A stretch of 64,000 bases of DNA from Squalus acanthias (lineage: Eukaryota), in contig CM059431.1 in assembly GCA_030390025.1 (NCBI GenBank), positions 100,504,001 through 100,568,000 on the forward strand, written 5' to 3'. The translations under genes and the position numbers were made by a program. The notes under the pieces were generated by a model. That model was not told the origin of the DNA, ran no database searches, and saw only the letters and a program-made list of their open reading frames with translations. Below are positions 11,861 through 23,512 of the stretch, one piece after another (positions within the stretch are counted from its first letter, which is position 1; every line of letters starts with the position of its first letter).

Positions 11861-13740
11861 TCAATATCCCTTCAGAATCTTGTATGTTTCAATGAGATCA
11901 CCTCTCATTCTTCTAAACTCCAGAGAGTATAGGCCCATTCTACACAATCTCTCATCATTGGACAGCTCTCTCATCCCAGGAATCAATCTAGTGAACCTTC
12001 GTTGCACCGCCTCCAAGGCAAGTATATCCTTCCTTAGATAAGGAGACCAAAACTGTGCACAGTTATCCAGGTGTGATCTCACCAAGGACCTGTACAATTG
12101 TAGCAAGACTTCCTTACTCTTATACTCCAACCCCCTTGCAATAAAGGTCAACATGCCATTTGCCTTCCTTATTGCTTGCTGTACCTGCATGCTAGCTTTC
12201 TGTGTTTCTTGCACGAGGACACCCAAATCTCTCTGAACACCATTTAAAAAATATTCTGTTTTTCTATTCTTCCTACCAAAGTGAATAACCTCACATTTCC
12301 CTACATTATACTCCATCTGCCACCTTACTGCCCACTCACTTAGTTTATCTATATCCCTTTGCAGACTCTTTGTGTTCTCCTCACAGCTTACTGTCCCACC
12401 TAGCTTTGTATCATCAGCAAACTTGGATACATTACACTCGGTCCCTTCATCTAGGTCATTAATATAAATTGTAAATAGCTGAGGCCCCAGCACTGATCCT
12501 TGCGGCACCCCACTAGTTACAACCTGCCAACCTGAAAAAGACTCGTTTATCCCTACTCTCTGTTTTCTGTCCATTAACCAATCCGCTATCCACGCTACTC
12601 TATTACCCCCAACCCCATGAGCCCTTATCTTGTATAATAACCTTTTATGTGGCACCTTATCGAATGCCTTTTGACAATCCAAATATACTACATCCACTGG
12701 TTCCCCTTTATCTACCCTGCTAGTTACATCCTCAAAAAACTCTATAAATTTGTCAAACATGATTTCCCCTTTCATAAAACCATGTTGACTCTGCCTGATC
12801 ATGTTGTGATTTTCTAAGTGCCCTGATACCACTTCCTTAACAATGGATTCCAGCATTTTCCCGACAATTGATGTCAGGCTAACTGGCTTTTAGTTCCCTG
12901 TTTTCTCTCTGCCTCCTTTCTTGAATAGCGGTGTTACATTTGCGACCTTCCAATCCGCTGGGACCATTCTAGAATCTAGGGAATTTTGGAAGATCAAAAC
13001 CAATGCATCCACTATCTCTGCAGCTACCTCTTTTAGAACCCTAGTATGTAGGCCGTCAGGTCCAGGGGATTTGTCGGCTTTTAGTCCCATCAGTTTCTCT
13101 AGTACTTTTTCTCTACTTATATTAATTACTTTAAGTTCCTCACCCTCATTAGACCCTTGGTTCCCCACTATTTTTGGTGTGCTTTTTGTGTCTTCTACTG
13201 TGAAGATAGATAAAAAATATTTGCTTAACGTTTCTGCCATTTCCTCATTCCCCATAATAATTTCTCCTGTCTCAGCCTGTAAGGGACCAACGTTTACTTT
13301 TGCTACTCTCTTCCTTTTTACATAATTGTAGAAGCTCTTACAATCTGTTTTTATATTTCTTGCTAGTTTTCTCTCATTCTATTTTTTCCCTTTTCATCAA
13401 TTTTTTGGTCATCCTTTGCTGGTTTCTGAAACTCTCTCAATCCTCAGGCTTACTACTATTCTTCGCAGCATTATAATCTGCTTCTTTCAATCTAATGCTA
13501 TCCTTAACTTCTTTAGTTAGCCACGGATGGATCACTTTTCCCATGGAGTTTTTGTTTCTCAATGGAATGTATTTTTGTTGAGAATTATGAAATATTTCTT
13601 TAAATGCTAGCCACTGCTTATCTACCGCCATACCTTTTAATCTATTTTTCCAATCTACCGTAGCCAACTCACCCCTCATACCTATGTAATTGGCTTTATT
13701 TAAGTTTAAAACTCTAGTTTCGGACATAGGCAAGTCACTC
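11861..13740 (-). pseudogene. CR1 ORF2 linker + reverse transcriptase (frameshifted/stop-interrupted)
   Basis: ORFs 11861-12856, 12890-13255 and part of 13437-13940 carry canonical non-LTR RT motifs. Confidence 0.9.
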
Positions 13741-14277
13741 TCAAACTTAGGGCTCGATTTTGCCAGGCCCGAGGAGGCGGGATTGGAGGCGTGAGTTGTT
13801 AAAATCGCCAAAAATGGTGGGCGGGCCTGATCCCACCTCCATCCCGCCTCCGAGCAATTTTCCCAAAGGCGTGTTTTCTGACCCCCTTTCCATCCCGCCT
13901 CCAAGAGGCGGGATAGGCCCTTAAGGCCCTTAACAACCACTTAATAGCCTCTATAATCCCATTTTGAGAGGCCTTTCCAATTTTTAGTCATTCTCCCCAT
14001 CCCTCACGCCTCCTCTGGAACACGCCAGGTAATGCTGGCGGCCTCACAAGTGGATTGCTTACGAACAGCTGCAGCTCCACCATTACAAAGGAGTTTTCAC
14101 CAATGATCATTTGCAGGTGGCAGAACTTTGTTGTTTCAGGTCTGGGGGAACTTTTAGTAGGCATACTCAGTGTTGTGGAAGTTTGGAGCCTGACACCCAT
14201 CTCCAGTGTGACCTCCTGGGAAACCCCTCTCCCCACTTTGACTAAGCGCTTCCTCAACTGAGGCATATACCAGAAGC

Positions 14278-14505
14278 ATGGCGACCATTTAATTCCTTTC
14301 CTCCTGGACATCAGATTCGGATGAAGACCAGCCGCGGCAGCAGCAGAACCATGAGTAACAGCAGCACCAACAGCAGGAGCATCAACAGGAGCGCCAAGCT
14401 GCTAGTCACCCACCTGAAGATGCACAGGCCAGAAGTCGCCAGAGCGCGACCATATTGCTGCCCGGGATGGCAAGGGACGCACTCATGTTGGCCAGATTTG
14501 CTTAG
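14278..14505 (+). pseudogene. Probable internally deleted Harbinger transposase remnant (N-terminal D/E/Q-rich stub fused to C-terminal tail)
   Basis: ATG..SDSDEDQPRQQQ.. then HIAAR/MARDALMLARFA*; convergent with the Myb gene as expected for Harbinger; no DDE core visible. Confidence 0.45.
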
Positions 14506-14763
14506 CCTGTACAATCAAACACTTTTGCCTCGCACCTTCTTACCAGAGCATCGACAATGGACAAGAACCTGCGGATTCCTATCACTCTGACCACCATACT
14601 GACAATTGCAAGTCACTCTAAGCCCTCAATGTGGAAGTCCCATTTGCGAAATGACACAGGCCACAACTTCAACAGTTTGCCATCAGAATTTTTTATCACA
14701 ACAAGCAACTGGTGGCATTTCAAAAATAAACACAACATAACACCCAAGTGACTACCCTTGTGA

Positions 14764-16705
14764 CTACTTGTGCATTATCTTCCTCTTACGCGTGCTCCTA
14801 CGTGGTGCTTCCCCTGTGGCTTCAGCAGATATGGAGGCCCCTTGCTCACTTTCTTGCTGCTCCTGTCTCAACACCTTTGGCGGCCGTCCTCTGGGGTTGC
14901 GAACCTGTGAGGGCTCGGCAACAGTCTGCTGCTCCTACGGCTGTGCAGGGGATGAGACGCCCATCTCAGTTGGGTGAGGTCTCTGGTGGGGCTCTGACCG
15001 AGGGCTTTGCAGTGGCATGGTCGTTTGAGCGCTTGCAGAGGAGCCCCCACTTCCTTGTTGTCTGCCACCAACATCCCTCTCCTGGGTCAGCCCCACTTCA
15101 GAGCTAGCAAGTGGCTTGACAGCACCTTGCTGCACTTCAGGGGGGCCATGAGGACCTGTTTCTGCACTGGAAGTCCTACTCCAGAGGACTTCCATGAAGG
15201 TCTGGTTTCTCTGCTCAGTAGCTGACCATTGCTCCTCAAGAGATGCCAGTCTATTCTGAACAATGACCATGTTTTCTACACTCTGGCGACTTAGCTCCTC
15301 CATGGCCGTAGCCATCCTCTCCTCTACTGTAGCCATCCCTTCCACGGAGGTTGCCATCCGTTCCGTGGTGATGCGTTCATGCGCCAATGCCTCCACAAAG
15401 GCTCTGCTCATGTTCGCAATGGACTCCTCCATTCGCTCGACACTCGCAGCGACCCTGGAGACAAAACCTGCCAGAGACTCCTGCACCTATTCCTGGAGTT
15501 CCAGCACCGCTCTCCTTCTGGATGGACCCGGAGGCACAGGGTCGACAATGCAGCTGAGCCGAGCTGGCAGAGTCCTGCACCCTCCGACGAGGACTCTCCA
15601 CTGCTGTCCCTGTCTCCACCATCTGCTGATGCTCACTTGTGAGCTGTGATACACCAGGTGCCAACACTACTCTATCTCGCGAAGGTCTCACCGAGGTGTG
15701 AGTGTCTGCGCTGGTGCTGCATGCGCTGAATTCTGCTGAGGCTGCGCCCTCAGAGGTTGCAGCTTCCTCTGAGGAGTCTGGAAGCTCAGGCTCTTCCTCC
15801 TGGACACTGGGGACAGGGGCTTTCGATGGTCCTGTGGGGGAGTAAAGGAAAGAGTTAGAGATGTGAGGTCAAGGTTACATGAACATTGAATAGTGCAGAT
15901 GATCATAAGTCAATCTGTTAGAGCATCAGATTCATTATCAGTGACTCATGCAATGTCAATGAGAGAGATGCCAAACTATTCTGTCACCAGCTTGCTACGA
16001 TGCGCCCATCTGTCCATCCCCCACTTGGGAATCCTCCTCGATCCTGGCGATTTCCAGGGCCGCCTCCTCCCAGGCGGTGAGCTGAGCTACTGAGGGTGGC
16101 CCTCCTCCTGTCATGGCTCTTTCCCTCTTATTGTTGGCTCTCTTTTCCTGCAATGAGGGACACAAGTGGAGTTTGAGGGAGAATGAAGGAGTGAGTGTAG
16201 ATAATCCATAGCATAGATGCTTAGAAGGATACAAAGGACCATCCCTGTGTGTTGAAAGTTGTTGTTGTCATGGCATCACAGTAATAGGGAGTGTGAGGGC
16301 TGCATGGTCGAATAGTTAAGTGAATGTGACCTTCGAGAGAGAGGGAATGGGTAAGGGTGCAGGCATGTAAGTGTCAAGTGGCATGTGGAGGAAGAGGTTG
16401 GCAAAGCAGAGTGCTAGTGAGGAAAGGCGATGGGGATCAGATTGAGGGTGATGGGAAAGTCATACTCACTTTTCCTGTGCGGAGAAGATCATGAAACCTC
16501 TTCCTGCATTGCAGCCAGGTTCTGCGGCTCAGCTCCTCCTGGGACCCCCTGGGCCACTTGCAGCCACACAGCTTTTGTCTGCTGGGGTAACTTTTTTCTC
16601 CGAGGAAGGGAACAGCACCAACTTATTACATCTGGCTCCGTGCACCAGAGCTTGGAGGGAGGGCTCATCAAACCGAGGTGCACACTTTTGCTTGAACGTG
16701 GACAT
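14764..16705 (-). pseudogene. Harbinger Myb/SANT-like DNA-binding protein, 3 exons (16705-16470, 16147-15988, 15831-14764), decayed
   Basis: Exon 1 APRFDEPSLQALV..VWLQVA..RRTWLQCRKRFHDLLRTGK|GTGAGT; exon 2 CAG|EKRANNKRERAMTGGGPP; exon 3 acidic linker, coiled coil, PRGRPPK, RRSTRKRK*; frameshifts and premature stops. Confidence 0.85.
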
Positions 16706-16988
16706 TGTCGGGAAATCAACACCTTCATACAATTTGCAGAGCCTTGGCAGTCTCCAGAGGAAGCAAGGCTGCTTGCAGGTCTTAAATCCAGCAGCATTGA
16801 TGACGTCATCGGAGGCGACTTTCTGTATGAAAAGACTCATTGGGCCAGGGGTTCCCACACGCAGGAAATCAATTGCCCAACTAGGGGAAAATCCCACTTT
16901 TTCAGCACTTCACTTAGGAGTCGGGGTCCTGACACGATTTCCACCTGACACACCCCAGCCCGCCCACACTGACAAAATCCAGCCCTTA

Positions 16989-17728
16989 ATGTCAAATTCT
17001 ATCATGTTATGATCACTCTGCCCCAGAGGATCTTTTACTATGAGATTGCTAATTAACACTGTCTCATTATACAATACAAGATCTAAAATAGCCTGTTCCC
17101 TGGTTGGTTTCATGACGTATTGTTCTGGGAAACTGTCCCGAATGCATTCCATGAACTCGTCCTCCAGACTACCATTGCCAATTTGATTTGTCCAGTCTAT
17201 ATGAAGATTAAAGTCTCCCACAATTATTGCATTACCTTTGTTACAAGCTCCTACTATTTCTTGATTAATATTCTGTCCAACGGTATAGCTACTGTTAGGG
17301 GGCCTTATCTCTACCCATACTGATTTTACTTCCTGATCTTCCGAGCCGAGATCCTTTCGCTCTACTGTCCTTATGTCATCCTTTATTATCAGAGCTACCC
17401 CTCCTCCTTTTCCATTCTGCCTGTCTTTTCGAAATGTCAAGTACCCTGGAACATTTAGTTCCCAACCTTGGTCACCTTGCAACCACGACTCTAATGGATA
17501 TTAGATCAAACCCATTTATCTCTATTTGTGCCACTAGTTACTGTGCTGTATATCCTCTGTAATCCTATGTAGTTCGTCTATCTTGTTACGAATGCTTCGT
17601 GCATTCAGATAAAGAGCCTTTAATTTAATTTTTTTACCATTATTCCCTGCTTTGACCTTATTCTCTGCTGCACTGCTACCGTTAAACTCTCTGTCCCTTC
17701 CGGTCACACTCTGCTTATTTTTACCCAA
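16989..17728 (-). pseudogene. CR1 ORF2 apurinic-like endonuclease domain
   Basis: ORFs 16910-17482 and 17534-17728 with APE motifs. Confidence 0.9.
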
Positions 17729-17806
17729 ATCGCTACACTGCTCTATTGCCTTGACCTTTCTCTTTAGATTTCTAAATTTCCCCTCGCCTGACCCCTCCCC
17801 CCGTTT

Positions 17807-18001
17807 TTAGTTTAAAGCCCTATCTACAGCCCTAGTTATTCGAGTCGCCAGGACGCTGGTCCCAGCCCGGTTTAAGTGGTGCCCGTCCCGATGGAACAGT
17901 TCCCTCTTTCCACGGTACTGGTGCCAGTGCCCCGTGAATTGAAACCCCGTCTTCCCACACCACTCTTTGAGCCACGTATTTAACTCTCTGATAGGGAGCA
18001 A
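17807..18001 (-). pseudogene. CR1 ORF1 C-terminus (SGNH/GDSL esterase-like)
   Basis: LNTWLKEWC..F..HW..LFHRDGHHLNRAG matches the DGxHLN block of CR1 ORF1 esterases. Confidence 0.85.
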
Positions 18002-18479
18002 ACACTACAAGATAGTGCGTATTTGTTTATTAACACGTATTATCTTTATATATTCACACAGGTAATTACAATAAGCTGGTGAGCCAAATGAACTAACTTA
18101 GCAAAGAGCTTGCTGGAAAATTAGAAGTTAGCTTCGCATACAAAATAAGATCAGGTGACTGAGATGTTAAAATATTAGCTTGGTAGAAAGATGGTGGGGA
18201 AACTAACAGCTAGTTTAGCATAGTGAATAGGTAACATCATTACAGTATAGTGTGTGTGTGCGCCATTAATTGAATAAAGCATTGTGCTTGGAACCTGAAC
18301 GCCTGCCAGATGAAGGCTTTTTTGGTTGTAAGAGTTTGAAAGACAAAGGAGTTATTAAATGCAGCTGCTTTTCACACAGGAAAGCAGACAGATAACGTTC
18401 TGAGGACAGTCGAGATAAGGGAAACTACGTGAAATGGGGCTTGAGCTTTGATTCAAAATGGACACCATGGGACGACTCC

Positions 18480-18680
18480 TAAAGGGGGGGTGTCACGTTA
18501 AGTCAGGTGACAGAAGGAATCCAATCAAGGGAGAAGAGGCAGCTTCAAGTTTAGTAAGGAGACAAGGGTCATATAAAAACAGACATTTTGTGTTTAGAAA
18601 TGTTAGTGGAGCGAGGGGATAGTGAAGTGCATGTTTACATATCTGTATTCGTATCTGTTTAATCTACTCTGCTTGTAAAA
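18480..18680 (+). mobile_element. Possible LTR-retrotransposon remnant (polypurine tract + start of 3' LTR)
   Basis: AAAGGGGGGG immediately followed by TGTCACG; TATAAAA at ~18572. Confidence 0.35.
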
Positions 18681-18922
18681 GAACCAAAGGCGACAGGAGG
18701 AAAACCTTTTTTACGCAGCGAGTGGTTAGGATCTGGAATACACTGCCTGAGAGGGTGGTGGAGGTAGACTCAATTGTGGCTTTGAAAAGGGAATTGGATA
18801 AGTACCTGAAGGAAAAAAATTTGCAGGGCTACGGGGAAAGGGCGGGGGAGTGGGACTAGCTGAAGTGCTCTTGCAGAGAGCCGGCACGGGCTCGACGGGC
18901 TGTAACCATTCTATGATTCCAT
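18680..18922 (+). mobile_element. CR1 3' fragment
   Basis: TTTTTTACGCAGCGAGTGGTTAGGATCTGGAA..TTCTATGA tail. Confidence 0.85.
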
Positions 18923-19417
18923 AAGTGCTTTGCATATTGACTGAAGAAATAAAGGTATTGAATCTGAAGCAATGACTATCTTTGTTACTACTCAAGTAAA
19001 AAGACAATGTGTATCTCTTCATTACGTCAATCTTATCCAATGAGTTACTTTTGAAGTACAGCCATTGTATGTATTTTGCACTTTTCAACATCCCAAGAGA
19101 TTTGTGTGGAGGAATTTGTTCACATCCTCCAAGTCATAGCTAGTGAGATTTTCTCTGCTCAAGTGCACAGAAAATATCACAGAAATGTAAGTACAAAGGG
19201 AGGTCACTGCTAGCTCCACAAAGCCTAGGTCCCTTTTCTAACACTTTCCCTGTATCCCTTAATATTTTTCAAGTGCCTATCATAATCCAAGATTATGAGT
19301 GGTCAATGATTCAGAAACTGCATGAGTAGAACACTCGTTTCTGCTTGCTTTATGCATGGGTTGTAATATATTAATAACTTATAGAGTAAGGTTTTTTAAC
19401 ACTATTAATTGTATGAG

Positions 19418-19885
19418 TGTCAGCTCAGTGGGTCGCACTCTCGCCTCTGAGTCAGAAGGTTGTGGGTTCAAGTCCCACTCCAGAGACTTGAGCTCAAAAC
19501 TCTAGGCTGACATTCCCAGTGCAGTACTGGGGGAGTGCTGCACTGTTGGAGGTACCGTCTTTCAGATGAGACGTTAAACCGAAGCCCAGTCTGCTCTCTC
19601 AGGTGGATGTAAAAGATCCCACGACACTATTTTGAAGAAGAGCAGGGGAGTTATCCCCGGTGTCCTGGCCAATACTTATCCCTCAATCAACATCACTAAA
19701 ACAGATGATCTGGTCATTATCACATTGCTGTTTGTGGGAGCTTGCTGTGCGCAAATTGGCTAGCGCATTTCCTACATTACAACAGTGACTACACTTCAAA
19801 AAGTACTTCATTGGCTGGAAAGCGCTTTGGGACGTCCGGTGGTCGGGAAAGGCGCTGGAGAAATGCAAGACTTTCTTTCTTTCTG
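19418..19885 (+). mobile_element. Deu-domain SINE, full length
   Basis: tRNA-like head (GGTTCAAGTCC), Deu body, (CTTT)n tail. Confidence 0.88.
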
Positions 19886-20639
19886 TCCATAATAAAATAA
19901 ATTTTGTAAAGATTTTACTCAGAGAGTGGTTAGAATGTGGACCTCACTACCACTTGAGGCAAATAGTATAGATGCATTTAAGGGGAAATGAGATAAACAC
20001 ATGAGAGAGAAGGGAATAGAAGGAGATTCTGATGGGGTGAGATGAAGAGGGGTGGGAGGAGGCTCACTTGCTTTGACATTGTAGATACAGCGCATGCGTT
20101 AAAATTTGAATGGGCCGCGCATTGGGGGAGGCAGGCCGTGCAGGAGGCAGTGCAGCTTACGGGGGACATTGGTCACTGCCCTCTTATTTTTCCCTGTCTT
20201 GGTCCTCTTCTCTCTTCCTCTTCATCATTTGCTTCTCTGGTTCTCTCTCTATAACCTGCCTGGTGAGGAAGGGAGATGCCGAGGACTGCAGACTACATTT
20301 CACAGCAGCAAGTGCAGGACAACATGCGGACAGGAGTTCTAGAGGAATTATCCACTTCCTTCTGTTCCCACGTCACTTTCCCACAGGCTATGTCCACTAT
20401 CTCCTGCCATCCCCCTATGGCATCTGTTGAGCACACCAGCTATCCCTTGAGGTTAGGGCTCTACCTGCTTGCCAGCCTAAGTTATGACAAATCTCCCAAT
20501 TGCTTGCCTTCGTATCGCCGTCGCCCGCCCCCCACCACCACCTGCAAACACTAAAGGCCAAAGCTCGCTGAATCTCCCCCATAGCTCCACAGCAGGATGT
20601 CTGCAAAACTTATTTTTCTGCCCCTTTTACTCCCTTAAA

Positions 20640-21165
20640 TAAAAAGGATATAGAGGCACTGGAGAGGGTCAAAAAAGATTTACAAGGATGATACCAGAAA
20701 TGCGAGGGTATGCCCATCAGAAAAGGACAAACGGGCTGAGTCTCTGTTCTCTTGAAAAGAGAAGGTTGAGGGGTGACCTACTAGAGGTCTTTAAAATTAT
20801 GAAAGGTTTTGATAGAGTGGATACAGAGAGAATGTTTCCACTTGTGAGGAAGAGCATAACTAGAGGCCGTCAATAGAAGATAGTCACCAAGAAATCCAAT
20901 AGGGAATTCAGGAGAAACTTCTTTACCCAGAGAATGGTGAGAATGTGGAACTCGCTACCACAGGGAGTGGTTGAGGCGAATAGTATAGATGCATTTAAGA
21001 GGAGGCTGGACAAGCATATGAGGGAGAAGGGAATAGAGGGTTATGCTGATAGAGTTAGATGAGGAAAGACAGGAGGAGGCTCGAGTGGGGCATAAACGCC
21101 AGCATGGGCTGGTTGGGCCGAATGGCCTGTTTCTATGCTGTATATCCTATATAATCCTATGTAAA
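20640..21165 (+). mobile_element. CR1 3' fragment
   Basis: SLEKRRLRGDLLEVFKIMKG; 3' UTR. Confidence 0.88.
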
Positions 21166-21174
21166 TTCCCTCAA

Positions 21175-21360
21175 ACACAGATGATCTGGTCATTATCACA
21201 TTGCTGTTTGTGGGAGCTTGCTGTGCGCAAACTGGCTGCCGCGTTTCCTACGTTACAACAGTGGCTACACTTCAAAAGGTACTTCATTGGCTGCAAAGCG
21301 CTTCAAGACGTCCTGAGGTTGTGAAAGGCGCTATAGAAATGCAAGTTCTCTTCTTTTTCT
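21175..21360 (+). mobile_element. Deu-domain SINE 3' fragment
   Basis: Body and tail identity with other copies. Confidence 0.8.
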
Positions 21361-21914
21361 GCACTACCTCTGCTGCCCTTACATAGAGTGGAGCACAGAA
21401 ACAGGCTATTCGGCCCAACTGGTCCATGCCGGTATTTATGCTCCACATGAGCCTTCTCTCACCCTCCTTCATCTCACCCGATCAGCATATCCATCTAGAC
21501 TACCTTAAAATGCTGCTTCCAGCAGTCAACTCAAAAATCGGCAATTTCTTTAAAAGGGTTATTAGTGCTATTAATAGAACACAGTGCTGTAAGTCTTCAG
21601 AATAAATTGCCAGTTTCTGAATTTATTGCTTGGAAACAGCAAACATTAAGAGGTTTGAGTGGCGGGGGTTCACTAATATATTAAAAATCTTGTGTATGCT
21701 CCCACTTCCTGTTGTTCACTTCACTTCCAACTGTCACCTTTTTTCTCCACTGTTTATGTCAATGGCTAGTGTTGAAAATGCCTACGTAATCAGTTACAAT
21801 GCCAATCCCATATGTAAACAGGTCCCAGAAATGCCGTGGTTGCAAGCTGCAATCACTAAGTGGAAATGGATCGACACTGTATCCATGAGCAATGCCACAG
21901 GAGATTGACTTCTA

Positions 21915-22615
21915 TAGATTTACAAGGATGATACCAGAATTGAGAGGATACAACTATCAGGAAAGATTGAACAGGCTGGGACGCTTTTCTCTAGAAAATG
22001 GAAGAATGAGAGGTAGGTAAAGAAAGAAAGACTTGCATTTTATATAGCGCCTTTCACAACGACCGGACTTTCCTTCAATGAAGGACTTTTTGAAGTGTAG
22101 TTACTGCTGTAATGTAGGAAATGTGGCAGCCAATTTGCACACAGCAAGCTCCCACAAACAGCAATGTGATAATGACCAGATAATCCGTTTTTGTTATGTT
22201 GATTGAGGGATAAATATTGAGGGATAAAAGAGGTGACCTGATAGAGGTCTTTAAGATTCTGAAGGGGTTCGATAGGGTAGACGTAGAGAAAATGTTTCCG
22301 CTTGTGTGGGAGACCAAAACTAGGGGCCATCAATATAAGATAGTCACTAATAAATCCAATCGGGAATTCAGGAGAAACTTCTTTACCCAGAGAGTGGAGA
22401 GAATGTGGAACTCGCTACCACAGGGAGTGGTTGAGGTGAATAGCAGAGATGCATTTAAGGGGAAGCTGGATAAGCACATGAGGGAGAAAGGAATAGAAGG
22501 ATATGCTGATGGGGTGAGATGAAGAGGGGTGGGAGGAGGCTCGAGTGGAGCATAAACACCAGCCTGGACCAATTGAGCCGAATGGCCTGTTTCTGTGCTG
22601 TACATTCTATGTAAT
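21915..22615 (+). mobile_element. CR1 3' fragment with an antisense Deu-SINE nested at ~22020-22225
   Basis: CR1 frame broken at RR.RGDL by a reverse-oriented SINE tail and body. Confidence 0.85.
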
Positions 22616-22933
22616 ATTGAAAGTCCTGCATCTAGCACACATTTCCTGTCGGTCACAGGTACTTCCTGTAACATTACACTTTTGCCATCACACTTTGTTC
22701 ATTGGCACAAAGTAACATAGCTTTTCTTTTATTTTGGCACGCCAAATTTTAAAACAGGCATTGATTTAAATCAATGAAAGCAGAAGATGCAACCAAATGA
22801 ACAGTCGCGAACATCAGATTAAAGAAAACAAAATGAAAAAATGTATCTACTTTTCAGTACAGGAGCTACGAGGAGCTAGAAACATTCAAGTAAATCACAC
22901 TTCAGCAGAGAAAGACTTTAAGATTCTCTATAT

Positions 22934-23512
22934 GTCAGCCGTGGCTCAGTGGGTAGCACCCTCGCTTCTGAGTCAGAAGGTTGTGGGTTCATATTCGCAC
23001 TCCAGAGACATAAGCACAAAAAGCTAGGCTGACACTCCCAGTGCAGTGCTGAGGGAGCGCCGCACAGTCGGAGGGGCAGTACTGAGGGAGCGCCGCACTG
23101 TCGGAGGGGCAGTACTGAGGGAGCGCCGCACTGTCGGAGGGGCAGTACTGAGGGAGTGCTGCACTGTCGGAGGTGCCGTCTTGCGGATGAGACGTTAAAC
23201 CGAGACCCCCGTCTGCCCTCTCAGGTGGACGTAAAAGATCCCATGGCCACTATTTCGAAGAAGAGCAGGGGGGGAGTTCTCCCCGGTGTCCTGGCCAATA
23301 TTTATCCCTCAACCAACATCACTAAAACAGATTATCTGGTCATTATCACACTGCTGTTTGTGGGAGCTTGCTGTGCGCAAAATTAGCTGCCGCGTTTCCC
23401 ACATTACAACAGTGACTACACTTCAAAAGTACTTCATTGGTTGTAAAGCGCTTTGGGACGTCTGGTGGTCGTGAAAGGCGCTGGAGAAATGCAAGTCTTT
23501 CTTTTCTTTTTC
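22934..23512 (+). mobile_element. Deu-domain SINE, full length, with internal 33-bp tandem expansion
   Basis: Head TGGCTCAGTGG; 4 copies of GCAGTACTGAGGGAGCGCCGCACTGTCGGAGGG at 23043-23173. Confidence 0.9.

Larger units (their letters stand above)
13750..16985. mobile_element. PIF/Harbinger DNA transposon, non-autonomous, 3236 bp
   Basis: TIRs GGGCTCGATTTTGCCAG / GGGCTGGATTTTGTCAG (15/17); TTA TSD at 13747-13749 and 16986-16988; excision restores CR1 frame EFDIK|FESD; Myb/SANT-like gene inside. Confidence 0.93.
11395..18001 (-). mobile_element. Near-full-length CR1 LINE (ORF1 end, APE endonuclease, RT, 3' UTR), interrupted by nested insertions
   Basis: ORF1 C-term, APE (LYLNARSIRNK, FRKDR..GGGVAL, VGDFN, SDHNMIEF), RT (KSPGPDG, QHGF, GVPQGSVLGP, KFADD), 3' UTR at 11395-11480. 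Confidence 0.95.
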
